Source: an uncultured Chthonomonadaceae bacterium (lineage in GTDB: Bacteria > Armatimonadota > Chthonomonadetes > Chthonomonadales > Chthonomonadaceae). Taken from it: a DNA stretch of 64,000 nt. Location: the NCBI GenBank assembly GCA_963835065.1, contig CAWIEK010000063.1, positions 96,001 to 160,000 of the forward strand, in the 5' to 3' direction. The notes beneath the pieces are model-generated. The model did not search any database. It saw only the letters and a list, made by a program, of their open reading frames with translations, and was not told the DNA's origin. This document shows positions 31,137-37,700 of the stretch, piece after piece. How positions within the stretch are numbered: the stretch's first letter is position 1; each line of letters starts with the position of its first letter. Both the position numbers and the translations under genes were made by a program.

Positions 31137-31376
31137 TCAAGCGGCGTATTAATCCAGCATTGGCTCTGTCGGCGCAAGCAGGATGTTCAAATGCTTGTCT
31201 TCCTGAATGGCAGTCTCTATTTCGGCCAACGTATCGTACAATTCAAACGTTTTTTTCCGGCCAGGCGCTCGGACGAACGGGAACCTGCCACCAGTGATCT
31301 ATCTTGATAACTTCCGCTTCAACCACTTCCAGCGTCAGTCCGCTCGGATGCTGATCGCGCAGATACTCCCATACCG
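31137..31376 (-). pseudogene. Decayed third paralogue of the HEPN-partner gene
   Basis: VWEYLRDQHPSGLTLEVV..WWQVPVRPSAWPEK[fs]TFELYDTLAEIE..HLNILL; no start, frameshift in an A-run, premature stop. Confidence 0.8.
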
Positions 31377-31396
31377 TTGGGAACGCGCGTTCAGTA

Positions 31397-31675
31397 TCAC
31401 GCCGCCTGCGCTGTTAAATCCGTTTTCGCCGGGCTTGTCACGAGATAGACCTTCAAATTTTCCTCATCCGCCAGCGCAATCATTGCGTCTGCCAGCGCTT
31501 CATAATACTCAAAAAGGCGCTCAGGCTCGAAATCCGGCTGCACGGTGACGTTCCATGCAAACTCATCATGCCATATCTGGTCTTCCAGCACTGCCAGCGT
31601 TGCGCCGCCGGGACGAGCATCTTTTAGATAATGCCGCACCCGTTCCGCGATGAAATGCTTATCGTGTTCCGCCAT
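31397..31675 (-). CDS. Small acidic HEPN-partner protein (antitoxin-like)
   Basis: Overlaps the HEPN gene end; paralogous to 32475-32759. Confidence 0.7.
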   Translation of the reverse strand: MAEHDKHFIAERVRHYLKDARPGGATLAVLEDQIWHDEFAWNVTVQPDFEPERLFEYYEALADAMIALADEENLKVYLVTSPAKTDLTAQAA

Positions 31676-32048
31676 GTCTCTCCTCCAGAATTCTGATCAC
31701 GCTTTGCGCAAGTACCACCGATTCTAATGCCAGCCGCCTGTCTATGGATACCTGCGGGCGGTAGTCTGCGTTCTCTCTTGATGGCCGCAGGATAAGAAGC
31801 GCTTTTCGCAACTCGTGCTTTGCTTTGCGCGGAAGGTTGATATTGTTCATGACGAGTTCGGGGAGTTGTTCGTGCGCGGGATTGTTCCAGCCATGCGCAA
31901 AACTCACACCTTTTGCCACCAACTCCGCCGTAACCGCTGAATACGCCGCATAATACGAACTGCTGATGCTGCGCCGAAACAACCCTTCCTCCAACAGTTT
32001 TTTCGCAGCCTTCAAGCAATCCTCACTCATGTCCTGCCACGTTGCCAC
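31659..32048 (-). CDS. HEPN-domain protein
   Basis: LKAAKKLL......SISSSYYAAY.A..A.L, H, RENADY. Confidence 0.82.
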   Translation of the reverse strand: MATWQDMSEDCLKAAKKLLEEGLFRRSISSSYYAAYSAVTAELVAKGVSFAHGWNNPAHEQLPELVMNNINLPRKAKHELRKALLILRPSRENADYRPQVSIDRRLALESVVLAQSVIRILEERHGGTR

Positions 32049-32132
32049 CGCATTTCCCTCAGTTGATGTTTAAAAAAGGCGCGTGAAACTGTTCACGCGC
32101 CTCTTTATTATACGCCCGGTTTGCAGGAATGT

Positions 32133-32330
32133 CTACCTGTCGCGTTCGGTTCCGCTGTTGAGGGCGGCTTGGGCGGCCAGTCGGGCAATGGGGACGCGGA
32201 AGGGCGAGCAACTGACGTAGTTGAGGCCGATCTTGTGGCAGAACTTCACGCTTTCCGGTTCGCCTCTATGCTCGCCGCAGATGCCTAACTTGATGTCGGG
32301 ACGCACCTGCTTGGCCGACGCAACCGCCAT
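32133..32330 (-). pseudogene. ppdK: ppdK 3'-end copy 2 (~198 bp, decayed)
   Basis: [25 protein letters not shown]...[17 protein letters not shown] to R change and one-codon deletion versus ppdK. Confidence 0.92.
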
Positions 32331-32474
32331 AACAGGCTGCTTTCTCAATCGGGCATTCCTACGGTTCGTCCGTCACACGGTTGGCAAAAGGCCGTAGAAT
32401 CCTTTTGGCGCGCATCAAAACTGTGGAACACAAACAAACGCGAATGGTTCGCGCCTGTTTTTGAGTCTGCTTTG

Positions 32475-32759
32475 CTATGCCGCCTGCTTTTCCGGCGCTT
32501 CAATTTCTTCCTGCGGGGCCATGAGCGACAGCAGAATGTTCAAATGCTGCTGATCTTGCAGTTCAATTTCTACATCGGCGAGCGTATCGTACAGTTCGAA
32601 CGTCCGGGCGGGCCAGACATTGGGGCGCACGGGAACTTGCCACAACGTTTCCATTTTACGAACGCCCGCGTCCAGAACTTCAATGGTCGCGCCGCTCGGC
32701 TGACGCCCTTCAAAGCGTTCGCGCACCATTTGCGCTACGGCTTCCGCGTTAATCTCCAT
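32475..32759 (-). CDS. Small acidic HEPN-partner protein
   Basis: Paralogue of 31397-31675 (P.GAT..VL, W.V.V.P, YDTLAD). Confidence 0.72.
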   Translation of the reverse strand: MEINAEAVAQMVRERFEGRQPSGATIEVLDAGVRKMETLWQVPVRPNVWPARTFELYDTLADVEIELQDQQHLNILLSLMAPQEEIEAPEKQAA

Positions 32760-32965
32760 TGTCTTTTATCTCCAGAATGTCGAATACAAGCCGAACGTCA
32801 TGGATTCTGTTGAGCGCTGTACGCCGGTCTACCAGAACCGCCGGACGATAATCCGCATTTTCGCGTTCGATACGGAGGCGGCGGAGCGCTTTGTTCAGTT
32901 GATAACGCTTGCTGCGATGCAGGCTGGTATTGTTGAGTACCAAATCCGGCACTTGCTCATGTTTG
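32749..32965 (-). pseudogene. 5'-truncated HEPN gene (C-terminal half)
   Basis: HEQVPDLVLNN..LNKALRRLRIERENADYRPAVLVDRR aligns to the second half of 31659-32048; N-terminal half absent. Confidence 0.8.
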
Positions 32966-33007
32966 CCGAAATGTCTATAAACTGGAAGAGACGATCTTAT
33001 TGTTGTG

Positions 33008-33301
33008 CTATACCAGACAAAAATCCTTAAGAACCTTCGGAATGCCTTCCGTATCCCAAGCCGTTTCCACACAGACTCGCATTTCCACGTCAGGTAATGC
33101 CTCCAGGCGCAGACGTTGGAGCAGAGTTTCATCTATCACCTGCACGACCAATGGACAGCGTTTCTGAGTTCCATTGCGCAGGGTAAGCGTCATGACACAT
33201 CCGAGCCGTGCAGGAGTCCCTTCCACAATTCCTGTTGCTGTAACGCGATGCCAGGCCGTTTTGCGTCCCACCCGGTTCGCCGTAATTGTCTCACTGCTCA
33301 T
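33008..33301 (-). CDS. Hypothetical beta-rich protein, paralogue of 34357-34722
   Basis: W.R.T.TG...G.P, V.V.DE.LL.RL, E.R.C.ET.W, LKDFC shared; ATGA coupling. Confidence 0.75.
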   Translation of the reverse strand: MSSETITANRVGRKTAWHRVTATGIVEGTPARLGCVMTLTLRNGTQKRCPLVVQVIDETLLQRLRLEALPDVEMRVCVETAWDTEGIPKVLKDFCLV

Positions 33302-33855
33302 TGTTTGTTTCCTCTCCGAACTCTGACGTGATCTCTCGTTTCCAGTTGCAGCAGTCTCTCGTCTGGCGGTGGGCTGCCCGGAACCGGCAGCCCTGTTCCT
33401 CCTGTATCTATCTCTACGCCAGTCGCCAGGTGGAAAATAGCAATCTGATCACTCTCCAGCGCAAAATCTCGCGCTACACTCTCCTCATAAACCAGAACAG
33501 ATAGATCGAGAAAAAAGCTTTCTACCCCCTCATCGTTGATACCTTTCCATATTCCAATGCAGCAACGCGGGTGCTGCAGCAGGCTATAGTGCTTTTCAAT
33601 GAAGGCTTGCAGTTCCTCGGCAACGCTTTCTGCATCTGGATAGGCCGTTAGATCGTTGTCTAATCCAACCGCAAAGAACGGCTGGCTTATTTGATCACCG
33701 AAGTACAGGCTATAAGTTGCGCCCCCGCCGTTCTCAGGCTTCTCCAGAATTTCCAATATCTCATCAAGCGCCTTCGCGACTTCGCGCATATTCGGCAGGG
33801 AGGCAGAGACAGAAGAGAGGTATTCCAACAGGTTGTTCGCGCTCACCCCGGACAC
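33298..33855 (-). CDS. Hypothetical protein, paralogue of 34722-35255
   Basis: GG.TYSLYFGDQ..QPF.AVGLDN, HPRCC.GIW, QIA...L..G.EI..GGTG shared. Confidence 0.78.
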   Translation of the reverse strand: MSGVSANNLLEYLSSVSASLPNMREVAKALDEILEILEKPENGGGATYSLYFGDQISQPFFAVGLDNDLTAYPDAESVAEELQAFIEKHYSLLQHPRCCIGIWKGINDEGVESFFLDLSVLVYEESVARDFALESDQIAIFHLATGVEIDTGGTGLPVPGSPPPDERLLQLETRDHVRVRRGNKQ

Positions 33856-34027
33856 CGCCTTTTCATTCTACCTACAGGACAAATGTGTTTTGAATTAATT
33901 GGCGCATCGAACAACCAATTGTTGTAGATATTGTAGCATAGAATAGACAGACCGAACGAGGCACAAAGGGAAAATTGAATTTCCCCTCTGTGCCTTTGTG
34001 TCTCTAGCGTAGCGGGGGACTATGCGG

Positions 34028-34368
34028 CTATTTGTCCCGATGCGCGGTATCGCCAAGCGCGGCTTGGGCGGCGGCCAGTCGGGCAATGGGAACGCGGAAA
34101 GGAGAGCAGGACACGTAGTTGAGGCCGATCTTGTGGCAGAACTTCACGCTTTCCGGTTCGCCGCCATGCTCGCCGCAGATGCCCAACTTGATGTCGGGAC
34201 GCACCTGCTTGGCGCTTGCAACCGCCATCTGCATCAGCTTGCCCACGCCGGCTTGATCTACGGTGTCGAAGGGATCGGCAGCCAGGATTTTCTGCTCGAT
34301 GTAGGGCACGAGGAACTTGCCCGCATCATCACGGCTGAACCCAAACGTCATCTGCGTCAGGTCGTTGG
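34028..34368 (-). pseudogene. ppdK: ppdK 3'-end copy 1 (341 bp, alternative tail GDTAHRDK)
   Basis: Colinear with 37701-38041; the differences I found before the tail are synonymous. Confidence 0.95.
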
Positions 34369-34722
34369 CTGCTTGTAAAGCAACTCAGGCGTTTCTGACG
34401 GCTCTATGCAGCAGAAATCCTTGAGTGTCGCGGCAACATCCGCTGTGTTCCAATCGGTTTCTATACAGGCGCGTATTTCAACGCCTACAGAAAGTTTCAT
34501 AAGCCGGAGCAACAGGTTTTCGTCCGTCACGCGCACTGCCTGCGAGAAGTGCCGGGTGACACCGCTTTGCGTTTGCCCAACCGCATGAAATGTCACGCAG
34601 GTAGGATTGCCCGGTGTGACGCCTGTAAGCGTCATGCGCTGCCAACGAGCGTTCGGCTTAGAGGACGTTACTGCCTGCTGTGTTTCTAAAATGGCGATGT
34701 CGTTGCTCATAATTCGCTCCAT
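34357..34722 (-). CDS. Hypothetical beta-rich protein whose stop codon lies within the ppdK copy
   Basis: Paralogue of 33008-33301; final codons PTT* come from ppdK sequence CCAACGACCTGA. Confidence 0.75.
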   Translation of the reverse strand: MERIMSNDIAILETQQAVTSSKPNARWQRMTLTGVTPGNPTCVTFHAVGQTQSGVTRHFSQAVRVTDENLLLRLMKLSVGVEIRACIETDWNTADVAATLKDFCCIEPSETPELLYKQPTT

Positions 34723-35255
34723 TATTCCGGCTTGTCCTGCGTATCCAGTCGACGCAACCGCTCCAAACTGGATTCGCCTGTACCGCCGATTGCAATCTCC
34801 CCTGAACCGCCTTGTCGAAGATCGTACAAGGCGATCTGGTTTCCCCCGAGTGCAAATTCGCGCGCCCTTGCTTCATTGTACACCAGAACGGCAACATCTA
34901 TCCAGGCGGTTTCTACGCCATCCACATCTTTTGTTCGCCAGATACCAACACAGCAACGCGGGTGTGTCAGCAAATCACGACGCGCTTGCAGAAACCCGGT
35001 CAATGCTTCCGTCAGGGCTTCCGGTTCTGCTGTCCATGTGAAATTGTTGTCCAGACCCACAGCGTAAAAAGGCTGGCCGAATTGATCGCCGAAGTAAAGG
35101 CTGTAGGTCACTCCTCCATCCCGCTCAGGTTTGTTCAGAATAACTTGCATGTCTGCAACTGCCTGTATCGCCGCTTTCAACGCAGGCAACGATGGGGCAA
35201 CTTCGCTGAACAAGTATTCAAACAACGTTCCCGCAACGTTACCAGACATCCACAT
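34722..35255 (-). CDS. Hypothetical protein, paralogue of 33298-33855
   Basis: Shared motif blocks; TAATG coupling at both ends. Confidence 0.78.
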   Translation of the reverse strand: MWMSGNVAGTLFEYLFSEVAPSLPALKAAIQAVADMQVILNKPERDGGVTYSLYFGDQFGQPFYAVGLDNNFTWTAEPEALTEALTGFLQARRDLLTHPRCCVGIWRTKDVDGVETAWIDVAVLVYNEARAREFALGGNQIALYDLRQGGSGEIAIGGTGESSLERLRRLDTQDKPE

Positions 35256-35662
35256 TACCTCGTGACTCGTTGATGCGCCAGATCGAGAAGATGTTCCGAC
35301 TTGTCAATAAGCGCATCCGCCTGCTGGTCGCGCTGTGCCCTTATCTGCTCTTGAGCCATGCGCCCATTGAGCGCGCTCATTTCAATGCGAAGCGCGTCCA
35401 TACGCTTTTCTTCCGCGCGGCTGATCGTTCGCATCAAAGCCTTTTCTGTCAGCCGTTGATACTCCTGCCGCAGCGAAGCAAGGTTTTCCATTGCCTGAAA
35501 CTGTTGAACCATATCTTCGACTATTTGAGCAGGGGTGGTACTTCGCGCCTGCGCCATCTGTTCTAAAATGTGGTAAGTACGGGGCGTCAGTTCCAACCGC
35601 TCACCTGTTTGTGCCAACTCATTTTCTCCTGTTCCATTGGCGTTGCGCTTTCCTTCATCCAT
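35255..35662 (-). CDS. Helical protein with RHH-like N-terminus
   Basis: RLELTPRTYHILEQMAQARSTTPAQIVEDMV, then coiled coil. Confidence 0.6.
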   Translation of the reverse strand: MDEGKRNANGTGENELAQTGERLELTPRTYHILEQMAQARSTTPAQIVEDMVQQFQAMENLASLRQEYQRLTEKALMRTISRAEEKRMDALRIEMSALNGRMAQEQIRAQRDQQADALIDKSEHLLDLAHQRVTR

Positions 35663-35722
35663 GTCAAAAAGAGGACGCGAACATTCTCGCCCTTCTCCAT
35701 TATACGCCCGTTTCGCTAAATC

Positions 35723-35944
35723 CTATGGTAACGGTTCAGAATCACAGAAAGCATCGAAAGCCTTTCCTGTTTCGATGTAAGCCGTAAATTCAATACTTTC
35801 CTGCTCGGACCAATCCATAGCCGCCAATATGCCGAAGAACTCCGTGACATCTACTTTGTCGTACCCCTCGCTCAATATAGCATCTGCCATCGTCTGAAAA
35901 TTAGTCGGTATCAACTCCTCATTCAACATCAGCCCCTTTTTCAT
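35723..35944 (-). CDS. Small acidic hypothetical protein
   Basis: 73-aa ORF with purine-rich upstream sequence. Confidence 0.5.
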   Translation of the reverse strand: MKKGLMLNEELIPTNFQTMADAILSEGYDKVDVTEFFGILAAMDWSEQESIEFTAYIETGKAFDAFCDSEPLP

Positions 35945-36863
35945 AAGCCTACCTACCCTTACTGTAATTCGCTGCTACAACCACAGTCCAAATTTCGCAA
36001 CAAAAAGGTTCCTACTAAACTGCCTTATCCCCCCTGCGCCTTTGTACCTGACGTGAAAGAGTTGTAGATCAGCGGATTCGCAAAAGGCGAGACATGTCAA
36101 CTCTATTTTTGCATAACGGCACATTCAAACCATTTTGTTATCCATGCTTATTTATTGTAGACTGTCACAAGAGGCTCATCCTGACCATTGAACGATTTTG
36201 AACTGTTTTTTTCGACGTTTTCTGTCCATTGAAACTATGCAATCTGTTGGCATCCAAGATTTAGAAATATGGATTTCATGTCTCACTATATTTCTCGACG
36301 GTCAGCCGAACGGCAACGGACGTCTACTGCTATGCGCCTGTACGTTGTTACGTTTCGATTCAACGCTTGGTTTCAAGCGTTACGACAAAAGGAGAAGCAA
36401 TTGGTTACTAATCCCTGCACCCCTGCTTACTAGCTCAACCGCCTTCTCATCCTTTCCGCGCATGCGGCACAGCGTTGTAAAGAGCGCGGCCTGCCCCATC
36501 TGAATTATCTGCCAGCCAATGCTCGGCTCGTGGACACGGATGTGGACGTGCATGGACGACTGGAAGCGCTGACGTTCAAAGTTTTGGACGATGAGTGCCC
36601 CTTCTTCGTTGTGGTTTCGGTGAACGCAGTTGTCATCACGGTGTTCATAAACGAGGAACAGATGTTCGCCAAATCGCAGCGTCGCAAGCAGTACCGTAGA
36701 CGCTGCCGACAGATGGGCTAAAGCAACACAAAACATATCGTGAGTACAAGATCAGGCTGCTAGTGCAGTGCCTGATTTTTAAACGCCTTCACACAAAGGC
36801 GCTTTGCACGGAGGGCAGCAAAGCGCCTTTATTGTGAGGCTCAGGTGAAAGGGCAATACGCAT

Positions 36864-37580
36864 ATGGAACAAAAATATGCTTTGTCAGCATACAAACCGA
36901 CGCACATCACCCCGCAACTTATTAAAACAGCCTATCACGAAGCCGGTCACGCGCTCGCCTGCGTGTGGCGTCGCTCACTGGTACAGCGCGTCACAGCAAT
37001 GCCACAGCCAGGCTCACGCGGGCATTGTCTGTATTCCATCAGCAACGCGACATCGCCGTTGGATCGCGTCAAGATGAGTCTGGCCGGAGCCATCGCCGCC
37101 CGCATTGCCACACAACCACAATGGTATCCTGTTCCGGGTTGGCGTCCCTCAGCGGAAGAGGGAGCAGGCGCAGATATGCAGGATGTATTCCAGTTTCTCC
37201 GAGAACACACAAGCGGTTCTTGTGTTTCGTGGAGTGACCGTAGCGCAGGGTTTTCAGAAAAGGAGGATGCCATACTTGATGGCCTCATTGCTGAAGTCTT
37301 CAAATGGCTGAGTGCCCCGGCGCGGCGGCAGGCGTTGGATGTGGTGGCGTCTCTGTTGATGGATCAAGGAACTCTGGTTATGCCATTGGTTAATCAGATC
37401 ATCCGCGACTCGATGACTTTTCCGTCACATCAAGGGTTCGTGTTTGCGCCTGATTTTAGCTATCGGCACTGGAAACGAATGGTTGAATTAGGTGGCGTGT
37501 ACGACCCGCGCCGCCGCGCCTGGTGGATTCCACCCTCACAAATCAACAGCCTTAACAATTTGAGGCGCAGGCAAGGATAG
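36864..37580 (+). CDS. Stand-alone M41/FtsH-like zinc peptidase domain with DUF5710-like tail
   Basis: TAYHEAGHAL, LAG.IA, GAD; C-terminal LGGVYDPRRRAWWIP. Confidence 0.7.
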   Translation: MEQKYALSAYKPTHITPQLIKTAYHEAGHALACVWRRSLVQRVTAMPQPGSRGHCLYSISNATSPLDRVKMSLAGAIAARIATQPQWYPVPGWRPSAEEGAGADMQDVFQFLREHTSGSCVSWSDRSAGFSEKEDAILDGLIAEVFKWLSAPARRQALDVVASLLMDQGTLVMPLVNQIIRDSMTFPSHQGFVFAPDFSYRHWKRMVELGGVYDPRRRAWWIPPSQINSLNNLRRRQG

Positions 37581-37651
37581 CACGTTTTGCAGAGATGCGC
37601 AAGAACCTGAACCTGTGCAATTTACTCATCCGCCCTCACGACACCTGCAAA

Positions 37652-37686
37652 CAACAACAGGCAGGGCTTATTTCTGCCTGTTGTTG
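37652..37686. terminator. Hairpin after the ppdK stop, between convergent genes
   Basis: CAACAACAGGCAG..CTGCCTGTTGTTG. Confidence 0.7.
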
Positions 37687-37700
37687 CATGAGTATAACAC

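Noticed and set aside
32335..32420. Possible further partner-gene tail (..PIEKAA)
   Set aside because: Too short and interrupted by a stop to support
32966..33132. N-terminal part of the 127-aa ORF 32749-33132
   Set aside because: Overlaps the real ORF 33008-33301 in another frame and shows no HEPN similarity; the HEPN gene is truncated
34028..34351. 107-aa ORF as a functional PPDK-like gene
   Set aside because: Only the end of the PEP-binding domain, starting at an internal Met; treated as a displaced 3' end
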